From Planctomycetota bacterium (GTDB taxonomy: Bacteria > Planctomycetota > PLA2 > JAEUHO01): a stretch of DNA of 64,000 nucleotides. The stretch spans positions 224,001 to 288,000 of the forward strand of contig CBDCWP010000030.1 in assembly GCA_965223505.1 (NCBI GenBank), in the 5' to 3' direction. The notes beneath the pieces were generated by a model, which saw nothing but the letters and a program-made list of their open reading frames with translations, did not search any database and had not been told where the DNA came from. The position numbers were made by a program, and so were the translations under genes. This document shows positions 40,251 to 49,789 of the stretch, in pieces (within the stretch, counting starts at the first letter, position 1; each line of letters begins with the position of its first letter).

Positions 40251-41750
40251 TTGGCCTCGTCGCGACTCGCACTCCCGTCCGCCCTCCTCGCGGTCGCGGT
40301 ATGCCTGCTCCTGGCCGCCTGCGGCGGCGCCGCGCCGGTGCTGGGCGCCGGATCGGCCGGGACGCAAGCTCCCGACGCCTCGAGTCCGGATGCGATCGTC
40401 GTCGCCACCGATGCCGACGGAGACGGCCGCGCGGACGTCCTGCTGCTCGACCCGGACGGCGAGCTCGCGTCGTTGGCGTGGCGGGCAGACGACGCCGGCT
40501 TCGCGGAGCTGATCGCGCCGGACGAGGGCGTGACGACCGTCGAGCACGGCATCCTGGGCCGCCCGCCCTTCGTGCTGCGCTCTGGCGGCGGCGTACACCG
40601 GCTGGCCGGCAGCGTGTCGGGCGCCGCCGGCGCCCCGTTCGTCGTGCTGCACACCGGGCGCGCCGACGACATGCCGCTCGGCCCGCCCGAGGTGGACGAG
40701 GTCGTCCCGGCGGCCGGCGTGCCCGGCACCTGGGTCACGCTCCGCGGTCGCGGGCTGGCTGCGCGTGGCGAGGCCACCCGCGTGCTGTTCGACGACGTCG
40801 AGGCCGCCGTCCTCGTCGCCGTGCCGGAGTTCGTGGTCGCGGTCGTCCCGATGGACCTCGCGCCGGGCGGAACGATGCTGGTCGTCGAACGCGATGACGA
40901 GCGCAGCGTGGCACAGCCGTTCGAGATCACCGCCCAGACCGCGCCGCGCATCGACGCGGTGCATCCGCAGCCGGTCGTCGCGGGCGCGCTCGCGCTCCTC
41001 CGCGGCGCCGACCTCGGCACCCCGGGCAACGACGTCACCGTGGACTTCGACGGCGTGGCCGCGCGTCACGTCGTGCCGCTGGGCGACCGCCTGATCGTCG
41101 AGGTGCCGCACGGCGCCATGGCGGGCGCGGTCACTGTGCGCGTCGACGGCGTGCCGAGCGAACCGTTCAACGTCGAGATCACGCTGGAGCAACCCACGCC
41201 GGTCATCGAGCAGGTGACGCCGGCGGCCGCGTCGCCGGGCTCGCTCGTGCGCCTCGACGGATCCAACTTCTTCGTCCCCGGAGAGCGCGTGCGGGTCCAC
41301 TTCGGCGGCGCCCCGGCCGCGGTGTTCGAAGCCGACACCGACTCGCTCACCGTCGTCGTTCCGCCGGACGCCGATTCCGGCTCCGTGTCCGTGCATGTGG
41401 GCGAGCGCGTGTCGGAGCCCGCGACGTTCGACCTCCTCGTTCGCTCGGCGCCGACACTCGTCGAGATCACCCCGAACGAAGGTGCGCCCCGCGACCGCAT
41501 TCTCCTTCACGGCAGCGATCTCTTCGACCTCTCGCAGTGGCGTGCGGACCGTCCTCCGCCCGCACTGGACCCCTTCGGCGACGTGGACGTTCGCTTCGGC
41601 GACGTGCGCGCCTGGGCTTTCCTTCCGACGATCGAGGGTCTCTCGGTCATCGTTCCGTTCCGCGCTCAGAGCGGCGACGTCACGGTCTCGGTGAACGGCG
41701 TTCGCAGCAATGTCGTACAGGTCACCGTGCGCGAAACATCCGCCCCGTAG
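40251..41750 (+). CDS. lipoprotein with tandem IPT/TIG domains
   Basis: LAAC lipobox; four repeats P.I..V.P....G..V.L.G..(L/F)....V.F; DADGDGRAD Ca-binding-like motif. Confidence 0.8.
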   Translation: MASSRLALPSALLAVAVCLLLAACGGAAPVLGAGSAGTQAPDASSPDAIVVATDADGDGRADVLLLDPDGELASLAWRADDAGFAELIAPDEGVTTVEHGILGRPPFVLRSGGGVHRLAGSVSGAAGAPFVVLHTGRADDMPLGPPEVDEVVPAAGVPGTWVTLRGRGLAARGEATRVLFDDVEAAVLVAVPEFVVAVVPMDLAPGGTMLVVERDDERSVAQPFEITAQTAPRIDAVHPQPVVAGALALLRGADLGTPGNDVTVDFDGVAARHVVPLGDRLIVEVPHGAMAGAVTVRVDGVPSEPFNVEITLEQPTPVIEQVTPAAASPGSLVRLDGSNFFVPGERVRVHFGGAPAAVFEADTDSLTVVVPPDADSGSVSVHVGERVSEPATFDLLVRSAPTLVEITPNEGAPRDRILLHGSDLFDLSQWRADRPPPALDPFGDVDVRFGDVRAWAFLPTIEGLSVIVPFRAQSGDVTVSVNGVRSNVVQVTVRETSAP

Positions 41751-41772
41751 AGGACGTGCTACGCTCGATTGC

Positions 41773-43005
41773 ATGTCCGACGGACCGACGGCAAAGAGCA
41801 CCGCGCCCTTCGAGGAGCGCTACTTCCGCAAGGGTCTCGGTCTGCGCCAGGAGGTGCGCGGCGAGGTCAGCAACGAGTACTGCTCTGACCTCGTTCAGCA
41901 CTTCAAGGACAGCGGCTACACCCTCGAGATGGGCGACACGACGTATCGTCTCGCCCAGGAGTTCGGCTTCTGCTACGGCGTCGAGCGCTCGGTGGACTAC
42001 GCGTACGAGACGCTGAAGCGCTTTCCCGACAAGCGCATCGTCCTCACCGGCGAGATCATCCACAACCCGAAGGTGAACGGGCGGCTGCGTGAGCTCGGGA
42101 TCCGTTTCTACGGCGACGAGGGCATGTCGGGCGCTGCCGACCTGACGCCGGACGACGTCGTCATCCTGCCGGCCTTCGGCGTTGCGACCGGCGAGATGGA
42201 CGCCGTGCGCGACGCGGGCGCCGTGGTCGTCGACACCACGTGCGGATCGGTGCTGAACGTCTGGAAAAACGTCGAGCGCTACGCGAAGCACGACATGACG
42301 TCGCTCGTGCACGGCAAGCACGATCACGAGGAGACGCGCGCGACGGTGAGCCGCGTCACGATGCACGGCGGCCACTACGTCGTCGTGCTCGACATGGACG
42401 AGGCGCAGATCGTGGCCGACACGATCGCCGGCGCCGTCGACGCCGAGACGTTTCTGCGCACGTTCCCCGCGCCGAAGACGTCGCCGGGCTTCGACCCAGC
42501 GCGGCACCTCGAGCGCATCGGCGTCGCCAACCAGACCACGATGCTGGCCGGCGAGTCGCTGGCGATCGCACGCCGCATCGGCGAGGCGCTGGACGCACGC
42601 TACGGCGACGGCGCCGACACGGAGCGTTTCCGTTCCTTCGACACGATTTGCTCCGCGACGCAGGAACGGCAGGACGCGCTGCGCGACCTCATCGAAGAGC
42701 CGCTCGATCTGCTCGTGGTGGTCGGCGGCTACAACTCGTCCAACACCGGGCATCTGGTCGAGATGGCCGAGGGCGTCGTTCCCGTGTTCCACGTGAAGGG
42801 CGCCGAGTGCTTGGTGAGCGCGGACCGGATTCGCCACAAGCCCGTCGGCCGAACGGACGAATTCGAGGCGCGTGACTGGCTGCCGGCGAAGCCCGGCGCC
42901 GTGATCGGTCTCTCGTCCGGCGCGTCGACGCCGGACGCGGTGCTCGGCGCCGTCGTGCACCGCTTGCACGAGCTGCGGTCGGGCGCGACTGCGCCCGGGG
43001 CGTGA
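41773..43005 (+). CDS. ispH: 4-hydroxy-3-methylbut-2-enyl diphosphate reductase
   Basis: FGFCYGVER, EIIHNP, VDTTC, HEET, NQTT, DTICSATQERQ, GGYNSSNT, SGASTPD. Confidence 0.96.
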   Translation: MSDGPTAKSTAPFEERYFRKGLGLRQEVRGEVSNEYCSDLVQHFKDSGYTLEMGDTTYRLAQEFGFCYGVERSVDYAYETLKRFPDKRIVLTGEIIHNPKVNGRLRELGIRFYGDEGMSGAADLTPDDVVILPAFGVATGEMDAVRDAGAVVVDTTCGSVLNVWKNVERYAKHDMTSLVHGKHDHEETRATVSRVTMHGGHYVVVLDMDEAQIVADTIAGAVDAETFLRTFPAPKTSPGFDPARHLERIGVANQTTMLAGESLAIARRIGEALDARYGDGADTERFRSFDTICSATQERQDALRDLIEEPLDLLVVVGGYNSSNTGHLVEMAEGVVPVFHVKGAECLVSADRIRHKPVGRTDEFEARDWLPAKPGAVIGLSSGASTPDAVLGAVVHRLHELRSGATAPGA

Positions 43006-43700
43006 AGGTTCGCCGGCTTCATCCGTTCGACATGCCGCCGAAGGACGGCGTACGCCTGCAGCGCTGGCTGGCGTCGCAGGTGGAACCGCGGGGCCGCTTC
43101 CGCCGCAAGCTGCGCCACGTCGCGGCCGCCGACTGCTCGCCGTCGCCCGACGGCACCGTGCACGCGGCGGTCGTGTTGTGTGAAGCGCCCGACTGGGAGG
43201 TGGTCGAAGAAGCCCATGCGTCCGCCAAGCCGCTCATGCCGTACGTGCCGGGACTGCTCTCCTTCCGCGAGGCGCCGGTCGTGCTGGACGCGCTGCGCCG
43301 GCTGAAGACGACGCCGGACGTCCTGTTGGTCGACGGTCACGGACTCGCGCACCCGCGGCGAATGGGCATCGCGACCCACGTCGGGCTCCACATCGACGTG
43401 CCGACGATCGGTGTCGGGAAGAGCCGGCTCACCGGCGCCCACGACGAGCCCGGCCGCCGGTTCGGGCAGTGGGAGCCGCTCACGGACGACGGCGCGCGCA
43501 TCGGCGCGGTCCTGCGCACGCGCGACGACGTGAAGCCGGTCTACGTGAGTGTCGGCAACCGGATCGGACTGCTCCCGGCCGTTCGCATCGTGCTGAGCAC
43601 GGTTCGGCGCTACCGGATTCCCGAGCCGATTCGGCACGCGGATCGCCGCAGCCGCGCTCGTGCGCGAGGCCGGAACCGGGCGAAGGCGGATCGAATGTAG
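43002..43700 (+). CDS. nfi: endonuclease V (deoxyinosine 3' endonuclease)
   Basis: PYVPGLLSFRE, VDGHGLAHPRRMGIATH, GVGKSRL, KPVYVSVG, RIPEPIRHAD. Confidence 0.95.
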   Translation: MKVRRLHPFDMPPKDGVRLQRWLASQVEPRGRFRRKLRHVAAADCSPSPDGTVHAAVVLCEAPDWEVVEEAHASAKPLMPYVPGLLSFREAPVVLDALRRLKTTPDVLLVDGHGLAHPRRMGIATHVGLHIDVPTIGVGKSRLTGAHDEPGRRFGQWEPLTDDGARIGAVLRTRDDVKPVYVSVGNRIGLLPAVRIVLSTVRRYRIPEPIRHADRRSRARARGRNRAKADRM

Positions 43701-43839
43701 CGGACACGCGACAGGAGTGTGGCGGCACGGGCACACCCGCGGACGACAAAGGCGTCCGGTCGGCGACGGAGTACGCAACACTGACTGGCGGGCGACGGGG
43801 GTTTGTCGCACGCCGAATGACCTCATAGGTTGGTGGGCC

Positions 43840-45669
43840 ATGGACATGCGCAACCGCTGGGTGGTCTTGCTGCTCCTGCCGCTTTGCTGCGTTGTGCAAA
43901 CGGCCGGCGCCGAGCCCGAGAAGCGCGAGGGTGGGACGCTCCAGGTCGCGGTACCGAACAAGATCCAGAGCCTCGATCCGACCCAAGCCGAAGACGAGCC
44001 GAGCAAGCTTCTCGTCTGGAACCTCTTCGACCAGTTGTACGAATACCACTATCTGAAGCGGCCGTACGAGCTGGTCCCCTGTCTGGCCGCGGCCCTGCCC
44101 GCCGTGTCGGACGATCAGCTGACGTACACGATCCGATTGAAGAAAGGCGTTCGGTACGTGGACGACGCCTGCTTCCCGGGCGGGAAGGGACGCACGCTGA
44201 ACGCGTCGGACGTCGTGTTCTGCTTCAAGCGGCTGATGGACGCGCGCGTCAAGAGCCCCGGCACGTGGGTGCTCAAGGGCCGCATCGCGGGGCTCGATGC
44301 GTTCGCCGAGAGCTCGAAGACGTGGAAGCCCAAGCCGGACGAGACGACGTACCCGGACGTGGAAGGCATCGTCGCGGTCGACGCGCACACGGTGCGCATC
44401 AAGCTCGTGAGGCCATACGCGCAGATTCGCTGGCTGCTGGCGTCGCAGTACCTGTCGATCTACCCGCCGGAGGCGGTTGCGGCGTACGGGGACAAGCTCG
44501 GCGAGCACGCGGTCTCGACGGGGCCCTATGTCGTGAGCGCCTACGAGCCGGCGACGAGCGTCCTGCTCAAACGCAATCCGAACTACCGCGAGGACCGGTA
44601 CCCGTCGGAGGGCAAGGCGGGCGACGACGAGGCCGGCTTTCTCGCGGACGAGAGCCGCCTGCTTCCGCTGCATTCGATGGTCGTGGTCAAGGTCTTCGCG
44701 GGCAAGCCGCTGTCGGAGTGGCTGTACTTCCGCGAGGGACAGATCGACGTGACGATGCTGCCCGCAGGGGAGGCGTTCGACGCGGCGATCGACCGCAGCA
44801 CCATGGATCTCGTGCCGGACCTGAAGAAGGTCGGGATGCGGCTGAACAAGGAGCCGCGGCTCGAGATCTGGTACGACGCGTTCAACATGGAGGACCCGAT
44901 ACTCGGGCATCCCAACGGTGAGAAAGGCAAGGCGATCCGGCGCGCCATCAGCCTGGTCACCGACGACGACTGGACGATGAACACGCTCTACCGCGGGCAG
45001 ATGATCCCGCAGCACGGACCGATCCTGCGCGAGTTCCAGGAGTACGACGAGTACTTCATGAACGACGCCAAGCGCCAGCCCGGTGACACGCGGCAGCGGA
45101 TGATCCGCGAGGCGCGCAAGGAGCTGGAGAGGGCCGGATATCCGGACGGCAAGGGGCTGCCGGTGTTCAAGAAGGACGTCACGGAGTACGGCCAGTCGAT
45201 CTTCGAGCGGTTTCAGAAAGACGCGGCGCAGATCGGCATCAAGTTCGAGGGCAACCCGATCAAGTGGGGCGACTACAAGACGCGGCTCGCGAACAAGGAA
45301 GCGCAGATGTGGTCGATCTCGTGGACCGCGGACTATCCGGACGCGCAAAACTTCCTGCAGCTGTTCTACGGACCGAACAGCCCGGACCCGAACGCGAGCA
45401 ACTACGACAACCCCGCGTTCAACGAGCTGTACGAGAAGGCGATGCAGCTCCCGCCGGGCGAAGAACGGACGGATCTGTACCGGGAGATGGCGGAGATCGT
45501 CGCGGAGGACTGCCCGTGGATCTTCCGGTACCGCCGGGTGCGTTACGGCGTGACGCAGCACTGGCTGCAGAACTACCGGTTCAACGCGATGGGCGAGCGT
45601 TTCTTCAAGTACTGCCGTGTCGACACGGCCGCGCGGATCCGGGGTTTGGTTCCGATCGATGATAAGTAG
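43840..45669 (+). CDS. ABC transporter substrate-binding protein, family 5 (OppA/DppA-like)
   Basis: IQSLDP, LYEYHYLKRPYEL.P.LA, WTADYPDAQNFLQLFYGPN, NPAFNELYE. Confidence 0.92.
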   Translation: MDMRNRWVVLLLLPLCCVVQTAGAEPEKREGGTLQVAVPNKIQSLDPTQAEDEPSKLLVWNLFDQLYEYHYLKRPYELVPCLAAALPAVSDDQLTYTIRLKKGVRYVDDACFPGGKGRTLNASDVVFCFKRLMDARVKSPGTWVLKGRIAGLDAFAESSKTWKPKPDETTYPDVEGIVAVDAHTVRIKLVRPYAQIRWLLASQYLSIYPPEAVAAYGDKLGEHAVSTGPYVVSAYEPATSVLLKRNPNYREDRYPSEGKAGDDEAGFLADESRLLPLHSMVVVKVFAGKPLSEWLYFREGQIDVTMLPAGEAFDAAIDRSTMDLVPDLKKVGMRLNKEPRLEIWYDAFNMEDPILGHPNGEKGKAIRRAISLVTDDDWTMNTLYRGQMIPQHGPILREFQEYDEYFMNDAKRQPGDTRQRMIREARKELERAGYPDGKGLPVFKKDVTEYGQSIFERFQKDAAQIGIKFEGNPIKWGDYKTRLANKEAQMWSISWTADYPDAQNFLQLFYGPNSPDPNASNYDNPAFNELYEKAMQLPPGEERTDLYREMAEIVAEDCPWIFRYRRVRYGVTQHWLQNYRFNAMGERFFKYCRVDTAARIRGLVPIDDK

Positions 45670-45761
45670 GGCAGCCGTTCAGGCTGCCTAACGCGGAGCG
45701 CGTACGTCTCTAGTGGGCCCTGGCCTTGCGGTACCTGTAGGGGCAGCCCTTGTGACTGCCC
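45666..45761. repeat. REP-like copies
   Basis: gtagggcagccgttcaggctgcct (from 45666, includes the SBP stop) and GTAGGGGCAGCCCTTGTGACTGCCC (45737-45761). Confidence 0.7.
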
Positions 45762-46158
45762 AAATGGCCGTCACAACCGTCTACGCGCTGCCTGAATCTC
45801 TGGTTCCGCTGCCGACTTCGTCGGCGGGCGTCTTAACTCCTGTGCTGTTTAAGGCTCCCCCGCTTCCACCCCCTCCTCCTCCCCCTCCCGGGTGGCCACC
45901 TCCCGTGTGGCCCCCTAGCACCTCGGTTTCCCTTGGCTGTTTCTGGCCATGCAAGTGCCGCCGACGCCTACCCTGCTCGAAGGCATGAACAGGCTCGTCG
46001 CAGAGCAGCTGGGAAAGCGCGAAGGTGAGAAGGTAGAGGCGAAGAAGAAGAGCTGGAAGCGCGCCGATCCTCTAAAGGAGTTCATTGGAAAGGTCGCGAA
46101 TGTCCTGCGCACTGGGATCTCGACAGTCTCAGCTATCTTGGGGCCCGCGACACTTCGC

Positions 46159-47533
46159 GGCAGAGCAACGTTCTTTCTGTAAATCGCTGAGCGGGATCAA
46201 GCGCGTCCCTCAAGTTCCGTCCGGTTTCCCAACGATGAGCACCGCGCTCGCAAGCCGCAGCAAGGACGCTTCGTTTGGAAAGAGTCCGGCAACACGCGTG
46301 CGCCGCCGGATCTGTTGATTCAGGTTTTCGAGGCTGTTGGTGGTGCGCAGGCGCTTGCGTTGCGCCTCGTTGAGGCCATGGTCGAACACGGTGAATCCCT
46401 GCGAGATGTTCTCCTCGGCCCAACGCGCCAAGTCGGGCGCGGGCTTGTCCCACTTCTTTACGAAGGCCTCGAGCTTCTCTTGAGCCTCGCGCCGCGACGT
46501 CGCGTTGAACGCGGCGCGAAGATCAGCGGCGACGTCGCGTCGAAGCTTCTGACGCGGCACGTAAGCTTGTGCGTTCTGCTGCAGGTGGAACTGGCAGCGC
46601 TGCCAGGCGACGCCGGCGAAGCGGGCAGCGAGCGCGGCGGCCAAGCCCTTGTGGCCGTCGCTGGTGATGAGCTCGACGCCATGCAGTCCGCGGTCCTGGA
46701 GCGAGCTGAGGAACTCGCGCCAGTGAACCTCGGCTTCCGAAAGGCTCACGCTCGTTCCCAGCACGCTGCGCCTGCCGTCGTGGCCGATGCCGATGGCGAT
46801 GAGCAGCGCGCAGTCGCGCACCGATCCGCCGTGGCGCACCTTCTCGTAGCGGGCATCGAGCACGAGGTACTTGAATGCCCCGAGCGGCCGTGTGCGCCAA
46901 CGCGAAAGCTCCTCATCGAGCAGCGCAGCTGCTCGCGACACGCTCGTGGAGCTGATTTCAAGGCCGTTGCAAAGCACCTTCGTAATCTCCTCGACACGGC
47001 GCGTCGAAACACCCTGGACGTACATCTCCGCCAAAGCCAGCGTGAGCGCTCTCTCGCTTCGCTGGCCGCGTTCAAGGCTCGATGGGTAAAACGCATCGCC
47101 GCCCTCGACGTCGCGCACCTGAGGCACCTGTACGTCGATCTCGCCTAGGCGCGTGCGAACGCGCTTGGGCTTGAACCCGTTGGCGTACCCGCGACGCTGC
47201 TCGCTGCGCTCGTGCGGTTCAGCGCCGAGGAAGGCACTGCGTTCGATTCTCATGGACTCGTTGATCAGCACTCGCATCGCCTCGGCCATGCCGTCGAATC
47301 CGCTCTCGCTGAGCGCTTCCAGGGCGTCGGCCCACGGCGTACGCTGTTCGTGGTGGGTCACGTCGATCTCCAATGCAAGTTGTCGTAGACCTGCAAAGGT
47401 ACGGCGTTGATCCGCCACTCAGTTGACCCCGGGAGATGGCGGCGCGCCCGCTTCGCTTGAATCAGCTAGCTGATTCAAGCGAAGCGAGCGCCTCTCTCTC
47501 GGGAGCCATTTACAGAAAGAACGGTACACCCTC
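46159..47533 (-). mobile_element. IS256-family insertion sequence
   Basis: Imperfect 26-bp terminal IRs (ggcagagcaaCGTTCTTTCTGTAAAT 46159-46184; ATTTACAGAAAGAACGgtacaccctc 47508-47533) and 8-bp TSD CACTTCGC (46151-46158, 47534-47541). Confidence 0.95.
46210..47361 (-). CDS. IS256 (Mutator-type DDE) transposase, C-terminal frameshift/deletion
   Basis: EMYVQGVSTRRV, LDARYEKVR, ITSDGHKGL, WQRCQFH, RTTNSLENLN.QIRRRT, FPNEASLLRL. The family ending WETGR lies in another frame. GTG start with GGAG. Confidence 0.9.
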   Translation of the reverse strand: MTHHEQRTPWADALEALSESGFDGMAEAMRVLINESMRIERSAFLGAEPHERSEQRRGYANGFKPKRVRTRLGEIDVQVPQVRDVEGGDAFYPSSLERGQRSERALTLALAEMYVQGVSTRRVEEITKVLCNGLEISSTSVSRAAALLDEELSRWRTRPLGAFKYLVLDARYEKVRHGGSVRDCALLIAIGIGHDGRRSVLGTSVSLSEAEVHWREFLSSLQDRGLHGVELITSDGHKGLAAALAARFAGVAWQRCQFHLQQNAQAYVPRQKLRRDVAADLRAAFNATSRREAQEKLEAFVKKWDKPAPDLARWAEENISQGFTVFDHGLNEAQRKRLRTTNSLENLNQQIRRRTRVAGLFPNEASLLRLASAVLIVGKPDGT

Positions 47534-47744
47534 CACTTCGCTGAGTGCAGTTGGAACTTCAAGAAGACGATGGAGCACATCCGCAGCATGGCAGAGACTC
47601 TGGTTGCCGCAGCCGCAGCGTGCGGTTCGGACGAGTGGGGCACCGCCCCGTCACAAGAAGGACTCCGTGAATTGCCGGAACTTGCCAACGCATTCGGTGA
47701 GGCCGCCGGGATCACTGCACCTGACATGATGCCCGGCAGGTAGT

Positions 47745-48326
47745 ATGACGCTGAGTCGCATCTGGGCCGTCATGGCGATTGTACTCCTGTCCGCTTGCCG
47801 GACGAGTGTTCGTGATTCCAGCGTTTCGAGCACATGGACGGATCGCGATCGCCCACGGCAACTCAAGCAGATTCCGGGTTGCAGGCGTTTTCGTGAATAC
47901 CTGACGCAATCACATGCGACTGCGAGCGTCAAGGGACGTGACTGGGTTGAGCGGCAGCTTGGAAGCCCCGAGCGACTTGGAAGACGCGACACTCTCGCAC
48001 TGCTGGTCTGGACATACGACAACGCGCGATCTACCAACGAGCGCTGCTATCTTCTGACTGCCATCGTCCATAGATTTGATGAGGAAATCCTGTGCGTGTT
48101 GGATGCCGCCCTCGAAAGTCGCGACGTAGAGGTTAGGAGCACTGCTATCGACCTACTTGAGCAGGACGTGCTAGACATGCCCAAGTCAGAGCGCGGCAGC
48201 GCTGTGGATGATGAAGCGCGAGCAGGGCAACTTCGACTCTTGCTCCGGCGCGATTCCGAGACGATCAAGCGTCGGCTTCTTGAGAAGCGGGCGGCACAAC
48301 AGCGCGCTGCCGATCGACTGCGTTAG
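47745..48326 (+). CDS. hypothetical lipoprotein with HEAT-like segment (foreign codon usage)
   Basis: LSAC lipobox; ALESRDVEVRSTAIDLL; visibly more A/T at third positions than flanking genes. Confidence 0.6.
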   Translation: MTLSRIWAVMAIVLLSACRTSVRDSSVSSTWTDRDRPRQLKQIPGCRRFREYLTQSHATASVKGRDWVERQLGSPERLGRRDTLALLVWTYDNARSTNERCYLLTAIVHRFDEEILCVLDAALESRDVEVRSTAIDLLEQDVLDMPKSERGSAVDDEARAGQLRLLLRRDSETIKRRLLEKRAAQQRAADRLR

Positions 48327-48589
48327 TCAATGGTGGAACGGCCAGCCGACGTACGCATCGTTGGCCGCCGTATCGATTGCTTTTCGATTTCAGCCTCCTG
48401 GCATTACAGCCCGAAGGGTGTCACCAAGACCGACTCGAATTCGGCGGCCCGCCGCTAGTCGCCGACCTCGCTGCCTAGTGATGCTGACTGGCCGGGTCGT
48501 CTGTCCTGCTCCAATCGCTCGATGGAGGCCATCGTCATCACACTGGTAATGGCGGGCGTCGCCACAACAGCGTCAACCGCGTATGTGGG

Positions 48590-49789
48590 TCAGATCCGCA
48601 GCCGCGGATCCAGCGCGTCGCGAACCGCGTCCGTCAGCAGGTTCACGACCAACACCAATCCGAACAACGCCACGGTCGCCGCCGTCAGCTGCCACCACAC
48701 CGTATCGGGGCGCAGCAGCTCCAGCTTCGCCTGGCTGATCATGCCGCCCCACGACCCCTCGCCGGGCTCGAGCCCCATGCCCAGGAACGACAGGATCACC
48801 TCGAACTTGATCGCCGAGACGAAGAGCAGCGAGAAGCTGATCAGCACGAGATGAAAGACGTTCGGCAGGATGTGACGGAAGATGATCCGGCGCGTCGGCA
48901 CGCCGATGGCGCGAGCTGCGGTCACGTACTCGCGGTCGCGGTGCTTGATGTACTCGCTGCGCACGATCCGGCACACCCCCACCCAGCTCGTGATGCCGAT
49001 CACGACGATGATCTGCGCGAGCCCGAGCGACACCTTGAGCGACGTCTTGAAGAAGGTGTCGTCGTACCACTCCCGAAGTCCCGGCGTGTTCTTGATCACG
49101 TACGCGAACGAGAGCAGCAGCAGCAGGTACGGGATCGAGTCCAGCGTGGTGTAGAACCACACGATCACGTCGTCGACCCAGCCGCCGAAGTACCCGGCGA
49201 TCGAGCCGAGCGCGACGCCGATCACGCAGGAGATCAGCGCGGCGAACATGCCGATCCAGAGCGCGGTCGTGGTGCCGCGCAGGGTCATCTTGAAGACGTC
49301 CTTGCCCATGAAGTCCGTCCCCATGAGGAAGCCGCCCTCGCCCGGCGCCAGGTACTCGGCATCCTTGTGCGACGCGTCGAAGCCGGCGGCGATCCACCCC
49401 GTCTGGGCGGCGAAGCCGACGTACAGGTAGAGCACCAAGACGAGGGCGCTGGCCATCGCGACGTGGCTCTTGCTGAGCCTGCGTTTCGCGTCGTACCACG
49501 GGCCCGTGCTCTCACCTTCCTTGCGCACCCGCCCGTCGAGCGGCGGGAATTCGTCCGACCGAAACGTCAGATAGCGCAATCCCTGTTCGCAGAAGTCGCC
49601 CAACCGTGTCTGGGCGTCCGGGAATCCGCGCTCCGGGTTGCCCTGGTGCAACGCGGCCGCGACACCGAGGCCCAGGACGCGCCACAGGATGCCGATCAGG
49701 AACACCAGCACCGTCAGGGGCCAGCAGAACACGCGCACGGGCCACACGAGCCAGGACGGACGATAGACGTTTTCGGAGACCGTCGTCAT
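48590..49789 (-). CDS. oligopeptide ABC permease OppC/DppC with an extra N-terminal domain
   Basis: MGTDFMGKDV, EYVTAARAIG...IIFRHILPN, LSFLGMG, DAVRDALDPR. Confidence 0.92.
   Translation of the reverse strand: MTTVSENVYRPSWLVWPVRVFCWPLTVLVFLIGILWRVLGLGVAAALHQGNPERGFPDAQTRLGDFCEQGLRYLTFRSDEFPPLDGRVRKEGESTGPWYDAKRRLSKSHVAMASALVLVLYLYVGFAAQTGWIAAGFDASHKDAEYLAPGEGGFLMGTDFMGKDVFKMTLRGTTTALWIGMFAALISCVIGVALGSIAGYFGGWVDDVIVWFYTTLDSIPYLLLLLSFAYVIKNTPGLREWYDDTFFKTSLKVSLGLAQIIVVIGITSWVGVCRIVRSEYIKHRDREYVTAARAIGVPTRRIIFRHILPNVFHLVLISFSLLFVSAIKFEVILSFLGMGLEPGEGSWGGMISQAKLELLRPDTVWWQLTAATVALFGLVLVVNLLTDAVRDALDPRLRI

Noticed and set aside
45713..45988. Poly-proline 91-aa ORF as an intact gene
   Set aside because: It starts just before and reads through a REP, has no RBS, and lies in a fragmented region; kept only as part of a low-confidence finding.
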